NCBI GenBank assembly: GCA_964016885.1 | Contig: OZ024742.1 | Location: 24,800,001-24,864,000 of the forward strand | DNA length: 64,000 nt | Direction: 5' to 3' | Source of the DNA: Eledone cirrhosa | Lineage: Eukaryota | Part shown: positions 11,741 to 24,440 of the stretch, one piece after another | How the letters are laid out: every line of letters begins with the position of its first letter | How positions within the stretch are numbered: position 1 is the first letter of the stretch | Program-made: the position numbers and the translations under genes | Notes under the pieces: generated by a model | Database searches by the model: none | The model's input: only the letters and a program-made list of their open reading frames with translations | Told to the model about the DNA's origin: nothing

Positions 11741-12349
11741 CCAAAATGGCCATGTGTTCTATGAAGCAAATCCTTCCATTTTAAACAGCTGTAAAATCTG
11801 TCCAGCGATTCCCTCCTTAGACATTCTGATCACATATCTGTAATTTCTATTTAAAATTAAACTCTTCCAATTCAATTTGGTATAAGAACCTTTTATTATG
11901 TTACAAATATCATTTCCATAATGTAATAATTAATAAATTTAGTTATTCCCTCCTCATTCCTTTATATTAATTCATTTCATTAGAAATAGGATAATGAAAG
12001 GGTTAAAAGCACATTGTTATCAATTATATTTAAAAGAAAGTGTCTGTTTTACAGTTCACCTCAATCTGATTCTATGTAGCAGCATCAGTCTTCTCCATAT
12101 CCACCACCACCACCCATCATATCTTCTTCCCTACACCATTTTTACATCGGAAGGATTAAATATGGTTCTCTAAAAACCACATCCCATTGGAACAGCACAC
12201 TTTCTCTTGTGTCCTTCAGTATTCCAATAATCTAACAAAGCAGAATTTTCTATGTAGCAAGCACAACATTCCGGCACCACCATTTCAATCCAATTTTCTG
12301 CTCTATATTGAATTCCTCAGGCAATAAGTAGTAGATGGTATTCCCTTGT

Positions 12350-12535
12350 TGTACACACAAGCACACACACTCACTCACACACACACACTCCCTCACACAC
12401 ACACTCACTCTCACACTCACTCACATACACACACACACTCTCACACACACTCACACACACTCACTCTCACACTTACTCATACACTCACACACACACACTC
12501 ACTCTCACTCTCACACACACTCACTCACTCACAGA
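12350..12535. repeat. (CA)/(CT) compound microsatellite
   Basis: cacacacactcactc-type repeats. Confidence 0.9.
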
Positions 12536-12665
12536 CATAGACGTGTTGTATATGAACATGTATCTTCATGGTTCTGCCTATGTTCAATATGCCTATCTAC
12601 ATACATATGTTCAAAATTATTTCTATATATATAATTGTGATTGCATAAACATACACACTCAGACA

Positions 12666-13064
12666 CATCATCATCATCATCATCATCACCGTTTTACGTC
12701 CGTTCTTCCACGCTAGTATGGGTTAGACAGGTTGTCCTGTTGTGGGCAGTGTCCGGTCAGCTGACCTTCTCTTGCTCATATGGGAACTGATTCTGGCTTG
12801 ATTTCTACAGCTGGATGCCCTTCCTAACACCAACCTCATTTACAGTGAGTGCTGGGTGCTTTTTTGCCGTGGCACCTCCACGACCACTTTACTGTGGAAT
12901 GATATGGACCCCAGTCCCTATCATCTCATTTCTACAGCTGAGTAAAGTGGAGCAATGTGAAATAAAGTGTCTTGCTCAAGGAAACAACACATCACCCCGG
13001 TCTGAGATTGAACTCACAACCTTTTGATTGCAAGCCCAATGCTCTAACCACTAAGCCATGTGCC
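12666..13064 (-). mobile_element. tRNA-head SINE joined to an RTE 3' UTR and (GAT)n tail
   Basis: Minus strand ggcacatggcttagtggttagagc...gagttcaatc...ccttgagcaagacactttatttcacattgctcc, then 12890-12666 closely matching 20920-21190. Confidence 0.82.
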
Positions 13065-13479
13065 TTCATACACATATGTATAGGTGTTTATACATACATA
13101 CACACATATACATATATATATATTGAGAGGTTATATTTAATTTGTTGGGATTCAACAAGCTTAAAAATTTTATAACTGATATAAAGCACTCAACAGTTTA
13201 ATTTAAATAAACCGTTATCTTTTCAACCTTTCGGACACTCATTTGCATACTCACTCATAACTTTATATTACCCTCAATAAATGTACTATCTCCACTATCC
13301 AGGAAGCTCCAACTGTTAAGGTTGTCTTTTTTTCCGGGTATGTCAATATTTATTTATAAACCAAATCTGTATTTGATCTGATGAAAGCGCACCATAATTT
13401 ATCTTGGTTGCCCTTGAAATATGTATAATAAAATAAATATGGTTTTATAAATATAGTTTCCATTTATTAATATATTGTA

Positions 13480-13554
<75 letters not shown>

Positions 13555-13846
13555 GCATTTATAAGAACACACATATATATATTATACGTATATACATACA
13601 TATATATATATACACACACATATATATTACATATATATATATACATACACACACACATATACATTACATTCATATATATATATATATATACATACACACA
13701 CACACACATATATATATATATACCCACACGCACATATATATTCATGTGCGTACTTTAGTATATATGCTTATGATTTTGCATGTTTTTTTCGAATACATTT
13801 ATCGATGTAGACATTTTATGTATAGATATATGTATATCTATATACA

Positions 13847-13912
<66 letters not shown>

Positions 13913-14051
13913 TACATACATGTATATATATGTATTTGTATATATGTGTATAAATATGTATGTATGATGATGATGATGATGATGATGATGTATCATCATC
14001 ATCTTCGTTTAACGTCCATCTTCCATGCTAGCATGGGTATATATATGTATT

Positions 14052-14128
<77 letters not shown>

Positions 14129-14140
14129 TATGTATATATG
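13480..14140. repeat. (TA)n/(CA)n microsatellite cluster containing a short RTE tail at about 13992-14040
   Basis: Long TA runs and catcatc...ttccatgctagcatgggt. Confidence 0.9.
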
Positions 14141-14609
14141 TAAATGTATGTATATATGTCTATATTATATCTGTATATAGATATAAAATATATATATGCC
14201 TCCATACTTGTATGAACATATCGATTAAATTGACATCATTAAATCACTTGCTCTCCAACAATCTTATACAAATTCCTCACTTTCTTCAGAACGGTAATTA
14301 AATCCAAAGACAGGAATTGTTTGTAGAATTTAAACCAGGAATAGTGGAATAGTGCAAATCAAATCCCATGAAAAGACTAGCACATACCCTCGAGTAGAAC
14401 TTAATGAAATTAATTGAATACACTGAGGTGTCTGTGTGTCTTCAGTGCTGTTCCTGGCTTCCAGTTGGATACATTAAAGAAGAAGGAAAGATTTTCAGTT
14501 AGATATTTCTTTGCTAACATCAGTTTTATGGTGCAACATTCACTAACGGTCTTAATAGAATGGTACTTAGTCATTTACAGTTGACCTACTACTATAATCT
14601 TCAGCTAAT

Positions 14610-14840
14610 TACCTTGCTGCTGCTACTGTTGCTGCTGCTGCTATTACTGTTGCTACTGCTATTGCTGCTGCTACTGCTGCTGATGCTACTACTACTGCTG
14701 CTGTTACTATTACTACTACTGCTGATGTTACTATTACTACTACTGCTACTGTTACTATTACTGTTGCTACTGCTACTGCTATTGCTCCTGCTACTTCTGC
14801 TGCTACTGCTGCTCTGCTACTACTACTGCTGCTGCTGCTG

Positions 14841-14907
<67 letters not shown>

Positions 14908-14910
14908 CAT
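14610..14910. repeat. (CTG/CTA/TTA)n trinucleotide repeat
   Basis: Mixed ctg/cta units grading into pure (CTA)n. Confidence 0.92.
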
Positions 14911-15138
14911 TATTATAATTATACGTGCTCTTTCCTATATATATGTAAATTTTTTAAAGTTGTGACTATTTAAGCAAGTCTCTTCACTTTGTCTTCACTA
15001 CTGTATATTTACTTTGAGGTATATCACTATGTTTGTTCTGCAGATCATACAAAACACAAGATAGATTTGGGGGAATGGCATAAACATGTTGGATAAGTGT
15101 CTTCTACCATAGTTTCTAGGTGACCAATCTTTTATATA

Positions 15139-15315
15139 CAGGTAAAATTCCATTATAATGAATACCATCATAACAAATTTTTCAGTATAACAACATTTTT
15201 TTCAATACCTGACGACATGCTCGATGTGTTTTGGTCGATCTTGCTATAAAGAATTCTTCATTACAATGAATATTTTTTTATACCATGTGGATTTTGTTAT
15301 AACAGAATTTCACTG
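15139..15315. mobile_element. Tc1/mariner-type MITE with TA flanks
   Basis: TA-caggtaaaattccattataa ... ttataacagaatttcactg-TA imperfect terminal inverted repeats. Confidence 0.62.
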
Positions 15316-15461
15316 TAATAATAAGTGGAAGAAAAAAGAATTTCTATGTCTGCTTTTCCAAACTGGCATGGATTGGACTGAACATTTTGAAGTCCTTCCT
15401 GATGCCAACCCATTTGTTGCTTCTTACAATACATAAAGAAAATAATAAAATTAATAATTAT

Positions 15462-15985
15462 TTCTATTTTTGGCACAAGGTCAGCAATTATCCCAGTGTA
15501 AGTACTTTATTTTATTGATCCCGTAAAGATGAAAGGTAAAGTTAACCTCAGCGGGATTTGAACTCAGATCTTAAAGGGCCTTAACTCTATGCTGCAAAGC
15601 ATGGCGTCCGACCCTCTATTAATAATGGCTTCTGATTTAGGCAAAAGATCAACAATTTTAGGGTAAGGGAAAGTCAATTAAATTGACCCCAGTGCATTAC
15701 TGGTACTTTATTTTATCGACGCCGTAAGGCTGAAAGGCAAAGCTAACCTCGGTTGGATTTGAACTGAGAACGTGTAGGGCCGTAATAATAGTAATAATGA
15801 TAATAACAATGTTTCTAGTTTTGGCACAAGGCTAGCAATTACCCCAGTGCATTACTGGTACTTTATTTTATTGACTCCGTAAGGATGAAAGGCAAAGCTA
15901 ACTTTGGCGGGATTTGAACTCACAACGTAAAGGGCCATAACTCTATGCTGCAAAGCATATAGTCTGACGCTCTACTGATACTGTA
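15462..15985 (-). mobile_element. Three tandem partial SINE copies
   Basis: Three repeats of ggcacaagg...cccagtg...tactttattttat...ccgtaa..gatgaaaggcaaag.taacctc..ggatttgaactc starting near 15462, 15630 and 15810. Confidence 0.8.
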
Positions 15986-17164
15986 GTAATAATAATGAGG
16001 TGGTGGTGGTGGTAGTGTTGGTGGTGTTGCTGGCAATGCGTTTAGAATACTATATTATGTTTTGGTGAACCTCCTTGCGTAATTTGCCTATTTGGATCAT
16101 CACCCACAGAAACACATAGAAACACACACATAAACACATACATATACTGACACACATGCACACATATACACACACATACACACACACATAAACACACCCA
16201 TACCCACCCAACACCCCACACACACACACACACATGTATATAAACACACTAACATATATTGTTTAACTGACATTAAATTCAAAATTCTAAATCAAAGTCA
16301 GCTGAAAAATCATTTTTATTCCCTTTGCTATAGTTTCATCCATTCTTTTTTCCCATCTAATTGAAGAACAAATAATATTGTTTTGTTTTGTTTTAATATT
16401 TAAAATCAAGGAGGGGGAGAGAGAAGGAGGTATGGGTGTGGGTGAATGTGGGGATGGGCATGGATGGAGGGATGAAAAATATAATGTTATTTGCGTTGTT
16501 TCTGTTCAGGAATTCTATTTGAAATTCTCTGTCTCTATTATACCTTTCGTGCAATTTAAACAATTTCCCCTCCTTCTCCCTCCCATTGAGACCAACGAAG
16601 CTAAACTTTTACCCTTTCAGATGAAATTAGACGGTGAGGGATGAGGAGAGGTGTGAACAGAAAAAAAAACATTTTTTTTGTTTTTGTAGAAATATTAAAT
16701 CTTGTGTATTTTGGATTTTAATGAGAAAAATAGAATACAATTATAAATATTAACAACACCCTCTCCCACACTACACACTTTTTCTCCCATCATTGTTCAT
16801 CGTTTATGCTCTTTAGATAAATAAATATTTGGTGGAAAAAAATAAAGAAAAAAAGAACAAGATAAAAACAAAGAATGGAATATCTGGAAAATATTGGCAC
16901 CAAAGTGGAAAAAGTTAGAAAAAATATGTTAAAATATTATCAACAATTCAATGTTGAAACAAATATTGTAGTGACAAAGATGTTGTTTGTGTTGTTGTTG
17001 TTAAAGTGGTAGTGTGGGCTAATGTTAGCTAGGTGGCTGGTTTACAGACTTTTACAGCCTCAACACATTGCATGGTGCCAACAGTGACATTAAGACCAAT
17101 TCACCCTACAACAACACCCTATACCACAGCCCTTAGAAGTAAGAATATTTTATTAGATGTGGGA

Positions 17165-17555
17165 GTAAGGACAGAGAATTGGCAGAATCATTAGAGCATC
17201 AAACAGAAATACCTTGCAGTATTTATTCTGGCAATTTACATTTGGATTTCAGATCCCTTCAAAGTTGATTGTATTTTTCATTCCTCCAATATGAAGAGAG
17301 TTTTAACACCTATCCACATGTTTCTGACCTTGTGTCTATGTTAACAATTATAGTTTCAAACTATTACTATTGTTATTATTTCTAATTTTAGTTGAGTTCA
17401 AATTCTGTTGAGGTTAGCTTTGCCTTTCATCCTTACGGGGGAGGGGTTAGTACCAGTAAAGTAAAGTAAAGTGCCAGTAATGCATTGGTGTTGATTTAAT
17501 CAAATTCCCCCACCACCACACTCAAATTGTTGGCCCTGTGCCTACTACAGAAACC
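17165..17555 (+). mobile_element. Degraded SINE copies
   Basis: gaattggcagaatcattagagcatc head; gagttcaaattctgttgaggttagctttgcctttcatccttacgggg. Confidence 0.65.
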
Positions 17556-17619
17556 ATTATTTCTAATTTTAGAAATAATGGTTTCTCAATAATTTTAGAA
17601 ATAATGGTTTCCCCATAAT

Positions 17620-17748
17620 TGCTGTCACAAGGCCAGCAATTATGGGGAAAGTTGATTAAATCGATTCCAGTGCATTACTGGTACTTTATTTTATCGACCC
17701 CGTATGGATGAAAGGCAAAGTTAACCTCGGCAGGATTTGAACTCAGAT
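17620..17748 (-). mobile_element. SINE, left half; split by the RTE insertion and resuming at 21191-21262
   Basis: ...ggatttgaactcagat | catagagggtcgtaactctatgttgcaaagcatgg reconstitutes the uninterrupted copy at 15541-15618. Confidence 0.85.
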
Positions 17749-17756
17749 TTGAACTA

Positions 17757-20700
17757 GATGAAATATGAATCTGCGAGCTACCAAGCACCCACGTGAAGCG
17801 CCAACCCAGAGACCCTCCCCTACGAGTGTCGACAAATGCCCAAAACTCCGAGTTGGTACCATCAATGTAGGCTCAATGAAAGGAAGAGCAGGAGAAATCG
17901 TAGAAATGCTAGACCGAAAGGAAGTTGATGTATGCTGTGTGCAAGAGACTAGATGGAGAGGAGGGTCTGCTAGAGTCCTTGTAGGAAAAAGCCAGTGCTA
18001 CAAATTTTTCTGGGTGGGAAATGACGATGGGATGGGTGGTGTAGGTATACTATTAGCTGACAAGTGGGTAGATAAAGTAATCTCAGTGTACAGGGTAAAT
18101 GCAAGAATCATTAAACTCAGACTAGTCCTGAATAAGACAATTACCACAATAATATCAGCTTACGCACCCCAATCGGGGCTGCCAGACGAACTTAAGGATA
18201 GGTTTTACGAGTCCCTAATACACACTACTGCTCTAACAGACGACAAGGACTTCCTAATCATTGCAGGAGATTTTAACGGACACGTAGGTAAACACTGCGA
18301 CGGCTTCAATAGAGTACATGGAGGCCATGGAGTTGGCACAAGGAATGAGGAAGGATTCAGACTTCTAGAATTCTGCGACGCCAATGACATGTCGATATGT
18401 AACACAAACTTTAAAAAACCCGACAACCACCTGATCACCTATAGATCAGGGGAGCACTCTAGTCAGTTAGATTTTATCCTCATCAGAGGACGTGACAGAT
18501 GGACGGTCGTAAACACAAAAGCCTTCCCTAGTGAGGAATGTACATCCCAACATAGCTTAGTTGTCAGCGACCTCACGGTCAGAACTAGACGAGCCCTGAA
18601 ACAGAGGCCAACCTGGAGAAGAAAGATCTGGAAGCTGAAAGTCCCCTCAACCAGTAACAGATTTAAAGATATTTTACTCAACGCCTACGACAGTAAAGAA
18701 GAACAGATAGAGAGATTTAACGTAGAAGAGAACTGGGAGTTCCTAAAAAATAACTTACTAGAGGCGACGGATGAGGTTTGTGGCTGGAGTAAGACCTCAA
18801 GCAGGAGGAGAGTGACTTGGTGGTGGAACAATAAGGTAGATGAAGCAGTCAAGGCCAAGAGACAGGCATGGAAAGAATGGGAGAACGGGGGGAGCAGGGT
18901 ACATTACATAGAGACCAAGAGGGAAGCTAGGCGACAAGTATACTTAGCTAGGAGGGAAGCAGAGGATAGAAAATTCAAGCATGTTTTATAACGTGAGGAC
19001 CAGAAACAGGAGGTATTCAAGATTGCAAGGCAGTGTGTCAGAGATAATTGTGATGTCATTGGAGAGAAGTGTATCCGGAATGATAAAGGTGAGCTTGCCC
19101 TCACAAGTGCTGAGAAGAAAGATGCATGGAAGAGTCATTATGATAGATTACTAAATGAGGAGAATGCATGGGAAGAAGAGACCCTACCCCACGTAGACCC
19201 TATAGAGGGACCAGCAGTACAAGTCAGTGGCAGCGTAGTAAGTAAGGCAATCAGAGATATGAAGATAGGGAAGGCAACCGGTCCATCGGGTATAGCTGCC
19301 GAGATGCTGAAGGCATCTGGGTCTGTAGGTCACACTATAACCACACGTATCGTTAACCAGGTAATACTAGAGGGGGCCATACCAAAAGATTGGTGCAGTA
19401 GCATCATTGTCAACTGCTACAAAGGTAAAGGCGATGCACTAGATAGAGGAAACTATAGAGGTATAAAGTTGATGGACCAGGTCATGAAAGTAACAGAAAG
19501 AGTTATAGCACAGCTGATTAGGGACCGGGTGAATATAGACGAGATGCAATTTGGGTTTGTACCAGGGAAAGGCACCACTGATGCCCTCTTCCTTGTGAGG
19601 CAATTACAGGAAAAGTACCTAGCTAAAAGTAAGCCACTCTACTTGGCATTTGTCGACCTTGAGAAAGCCTTTGACAGAGTTCCACGTGCAGTAATCTGGT
19701 GGGCTCTTAGAAAACTAGGAGTAGATGAATGGCTTGTGAAAGCGGTACAAGCCATGTATAGGGGAGCAGTCAGCAAAGTTAGGATTGGCAATGAGTATAG
19801 CGAGGAATTTAGCGTACAGGTTGGGGTCCACCAGGGCTCTGTTCTTAGCCCTCTCCTGTTCATCATAGTCCTGCAGGCAATAACGGAGGAGTTTAAGACT
19901 GGATGCCCATGGGAACTCCTGTATGCTGATGACCTCGCACTCATAGCTGAATCTATGGTAGAACTAGAGAATAAATTCCAAACCTGGAAGCAGGGACTAG
20001 AGAGAAAGGGCCTCAAAGTCAACATGACAAAGACTAAGGTCCTTATAAGTAGACGAGAAAACAGAACCCAGATCCCCTCAGGGAAATGGCCTTGCTCAGT
20101 ATGTAGGAAAGGTGTAGGTAGGAACTCCATTCTCTGCCCCAAATGCAAACAATGGGTACACAAGAGATGTAGCGGGATCTCAGGAAGCTTAATTAAGAAT
20201 GTAGGATTCACATGCAGCAGCTGTGCTGAAACAGCAAGCAAACAGCCACAGGAAACAAGTACCACCAATCTCTGGGAGGGCCCTGTAGAAACAGTAGACA
20301 GCTTCTGCTACCTAGGTGACCGAATTAGCAACGGAGGTGGGTGCTCAGAAAGTACAATAACTAGGGTAAGAACGGGATGGAAGAAGTTTAGGGAACTACT
20401 ACCACTGCTAGCTGCAAAAGGCTTCTCCCTCAGAATGAAAGGCAGACTGTATGATGCGTGTATCCGAACAGCGATGTTGCATGGTAGTGAGACCTGGGCG
20501 CTGAAGGTGGAAGACTTACGTAGATTAGAGAGAAACGAAGCCTGCATGCTCCGATGGATGTGTAACAGTAATATACGTGAACGACAAAGCATAAAGGAAT
20601 TGAGAGAGAGACTGAGCATAAGAGGAATCAAATGCTGCGTGCAGGAGAGGCGGTTACGCTGGTATGGACATGTGATGCGTATGAAGGATGACAGCTGCAT

Positions 20701-21190
20701 AAAAAGGTGCAGAGCACTAGAAGTTGATGGAAACCGCGGAGTGGGGAGACCCAAGATGACTTGGGATGAGGTGATAAAAGCCGACCTTACCCAACTACAC
20801 CTCTCAAAGTCAATGACACACGACCGTGACTTCTGGCGTCACGCAGTAATACAGGGTACCCGACCTCCCATGGGTACATGCTGAAGCATATAAACAATAT
20901 TCCCCCCCCCCCCCACCGCAAGGTGGTCGTGGAGGTGCCACTGCAAAAAAGCACCCAGCCCACACTGTAAAGTGGACATGTAGGCGCCACGAAAAAGCAC
21001 CCAGCACTCACTGTAAATGAGGTTGGTGTTAGGAAGGGCATCCAGCTGTAGAAATCAAGCCAGATCAGTTCCTGTATGAGCAAGGCATGGTCAGCCGACC
21101 AGACACTGCCCACAACAGGACAACCCGTCTAACCCATACTAGCGTGGAAGAACGGACGTAAAACGGTGATGATGATGATGATGATGATGA
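17757..21190 (+). mobile_element. Near-complete RTE-clade LINE with no evident 5' UTR, a 3' UTR and a (GAT)n tail
   Basis: Single-frame EN+RT ORF, 3' UTR ending aacccatactagcgtggaagaacggacgtaaaacggt(gat)n, flanked by the two halves of a SINE. Confidence 0.95.
17765..20884 (+). pseudogene. RTE endonuclease-reverse transcriptase ORF (1039 codons) with one in-frame TAA at 18989-18991
   Basis: The two track ORFs share a frame and the gap translates openly after the TAA (REDQKQEVFKIARQ...). EN motifs VQETRW, SAYAPQ, GDFN, LDFIL; RT motifs NYRGIKL, QFGF, FVDLEKAFD, GVHQGSVLSP, YADD (19922), FCYLG. Confidence 0.95.
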
Positions 21191-21262
21191 TCATAGAGGG
21201 TCGTAACTCTATGTTGCAAAGCATGGTGCCCGACTCTCTACCGATACTGCCAATCCACCACC
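21191..21262 (-). mobile_element. SINE, right half (continuation of 17620-17748)
   Basis: Matches 15570-15618 and 33930-33988. Confidence 0.8.
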
Positions 21263-21471
21263 CTCTCTAATTTTAGTAATAATAGTAATTGTTATCATAA
21301 TAATTCAGTTTTTAAACAGTTACAGACATCACTACAGCATGTCTACATACATGATATCTCTATGAATAAATGCAACGTTTTATTATATATTATCCAAGTG
21401 ATAAACAGTGTTTTATTTATCAATATATGATTCTGTATACTACAGAATACGTTTATAACTATACAGACATT

Positions 21472-21530
<59 letters not shown>

Positions 21531-21939
21531 CTTACATGTGTGCATGTGTTCGTGTGCATGCATATATATATATGTGCGTGAGTGTGTGTGCACAGTATTT
21601 GTGTACATACGAAGAATACAAGGAAATGTATAATAGCAGACAAAAGTATGCATACAAAAGCAACACACATACACACACAAAGGCATAAACACACATGCAC
21701 TTGTATTATAAAATTCCCGATTTGCAATTTAAATGTTTCTTAGAGTAAGAATAATGACAACTTAATGACAATTGCTTAAAGATTTATGAGCTTTTTATGC
21801 ACAACACTTGGGATAATTTGGTGAAAAACTGCATAGGATATGTATTAGTGGCTAGTTTAATAACACTGGGCTTTGTGGCCACCTTCATTTATATATATAT
21901 ATAAGAATGACTAAAATGATTCTTCCATTATGTAATTAC

Positions 21940-22202
<263 letters not shown>

Positions 22203-22480
22203 TGTAATGAAGGCTTTATTCAGCTGCGTGTATAATTATGTGAATATAGAGTTAGTTGTATATTTATTTATATATTTCAGCTTAATGCCATTTGATTTCT
22301 CATTGTGTGTTATTGTGTGTGTCAATGTGTATGTAAAGGTTAGTGTGTCTGTGTGAATGTATGTATCTGTTCCATAAGCAGAATGTTCCATGTGTGTAAG
22401 GATTGCATACAGTATATAGAACCTTTTTTTCTATAAACTGGAGATTGAAGTCTATGTATATTATTAGACTTAACTAGTTC

Positions 22481-22745
22481 CATCATCATCATCAACATCA
22501 TTTAACATCCCCTTTCTATGCTGGCATGGGTTGGTCAAACTTTTCCAGTGCAAGACCAAATGTGTCAGAGCAATTCATTTTGCTAATTACATTCCATATT
22601 TGGCATGGTTTCTAAGGCTAGATGCCCTTTCCTAATACCAACCACTTTATAGGATGTGCTGTGTGTGTTTTCATGACACTAACACTACAATTTTACAGGG
22701 TGTACTGGGTATATTTTATCACGCTACCAACACTGGTGATGTTGT
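22481..22745 (-). mobile_element. Old RTE-type 3' end
   Basis: (CAT)n, ttctatgctggcatgggtt, ggctagatgccctttcctaataccaaccacttt. Confidence 0.7.
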
Positions 22746-22964
22746 CAAATGTTAACCCAAACTGAAAATTCATCTTAAACTTTATATTGTCTCTATTTGA
22801 TTTTGATTGCTAAACACTTTTGTCTCTAGGCTCTCACCATGTTCATATTTCGTGTTGCAGTGATTGTATTGGTGGTCAGATCTTTTGCATTATGGTATAT
22901 CAGCAGACACCTCAGTCCTGTGTCATCATCTTTTTGTGAGGTTAAGGTCCATAAATTGTTGCTG

Positions 22965-23255
22965 CAGGCAGAGATACTACTTCTCTGAATTGGGAGATCA
23001 CAGCTCCAATATTACAGGCTTAAGTTTAGAATGTCTCAGGAAAGAATCGCAAGACAGATTCTATGAGCAAAACTAACTGGCAGGATGCCCAGGAGTAGAC
23101 CCCGAGCAAGATTGTTAGCTAACATCTATGAGCTCAACTGGTCTCATTTAAGGATCTTGTCAAATCAATTAGAGGTGGTTCTGACAGGACCTGCTGGAAG
23201 GCATATCTTTCAGGACTCAGCCCTCAAGCTCTCTCAGGAATAAGTGAACAAAGAT
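22965..23255 (+). pseudogene. Decayed C-terminus of an RTE LINE (Rex3/Expander-like), paralog of 26440-26670
   Basis: Translates to IGRSQLQYY...RMSQERIARQIL*AKLTGRMPRSRPRAR; nucleotide alignment to 26450-26670. Confidence 0.78.
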
Positions 23256-23505
23256 GAAGTTCCATCAATATACAAATAATGGCAATGGCAAGCAGAGGTG
23301 GCAACAGTGGCAACAACCTTTTCATAGGTCACTAGTTCACCTCCTCTCTAAATGCTTTGCTGCACCATTAAATATTACCGTGTTAACACGGTGCTGCACC
23401 TATGACAGGAGTGAGGGTCAAATCAGTGCTTCTTGTTATAATAGACTCACTTTCAATTGATTGGGAGGTCATTCATCATTAATCTGCAACACACTATGGA
23501 GTCCT

Positions 23506-23598
23506 AGACACAGCATGGCAGAATGGTTAAGAAGTTTGCTTTGCAATCATTAGGTCCTGTGTTCAATCCTACTGTGTGATATGTTGGAGAAGTGTTAT
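23506..23598 (+). mobile_element. tRNA-derived SINE head, interrupted at TTAA
   Basis: gcatggcagaatggttaagaagtttgct...gttcaatcc...gttggagaagtgtt; a related fragment lies at 15085-15130. Confidence 0.62.
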
Positions 23599-24392
23599 TT
23601 AACTCTTTAGTATTGAGAGAGAGACTGAGCATAAGAGGAATCAAATGCTGCAGGCAGAAGAGGAGGTTGCGTTGATATGTGATGTGTATGAAGGATGACA
23701 GTTGCATAAAAAGGTGCAGAGCAGTAGAAGTCGATGGAAGCCGTGGAGTGGGGAGACCCAAGAAGACCTGGGATAAGGTGATAAAAGCCGATTTTACCCA
23801 ATTGCACCTCTCAAAGGCGATGACACATGACTGAGACCTCTGGCGTTACGCAGTAATACAGAATACCCGACTTCCCACAGGTACAAGCCGAAGCTGAAGC
23901 ATATAGACAATATGCTCCCAACCCCTTCCATTGGAAAGTGGTTGTGGAGGTGCCACAGCAACAAAAAGCACCCAGCCCACACTGTAAAATGGACATGTAG
24001 GCACCATGGAAAAATAAAGCACCCAGCACTCACTGTAAATGAGGTTTGTTAGGAAGGGCATCCAGCTGTAGAAATCGAGCCAAAATCAGTTCCTCTATGA
24101 GCAAGACAAGGTCAGCCGACCGGGCACTGCCCACAACAGGGCAACCTGTCTAACCCATGCTAGCGTGGAAGAATGGACGTAAAACGGTGATGATGATGAT
24201 TACTCTATATTTATATTTTCATGGTAAAGGCTTTACCTCACCTAATTATCACACATAATATCGAATCTATGAGATTTTGATTTTATTTATTTTGAAAACA
24301 CTACCATAAAATAAGTATGAGCAGCTGGTTTGAACAGAAAGAGATGACAGACTTCTGGCCGGAAAATGTCGGTTTAAAGACTAAAGGGTTAA
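23599..24392. mobile_element. piggyBac-like MITE interrupted by an RTE fragment
   Basis: TTAA-ctctttagtatt ... gattactctata...gactaaaggg-TTAA; homologous to 11138-11366. Confidence 0.72.
23612..24200 (+). mobile_element. 5'-truncated RTE copy (3' about 590 bp)
   Basis: Aligns to 20599-21190 of the long element and ends in (GAT)n. Confidence 0.93.
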
Positions 24393-24440
24393 TAAAGATT
24401 TAGGTTGAGCTGTCTTGAGAGTGAAATTGAGTATAGCATC

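Noticed and set aside
12990-13064. tRNA genes at SINE heads (also 2745, 9155, 9400, 23510 and 36972)
   Set aside because: Degenerate A/B-box-like heads continuing into SINE bodies; no complete cloverleaf is evident.
14560-14973. Poly-Leu/Tyr ORF
   Set aside because: Trinucleotide repeat translation with no supporting gene context.
18205-21113. Minus-strand ORFs within the RTE
   Set aside because: Antisense shadows of the LINE ORF.
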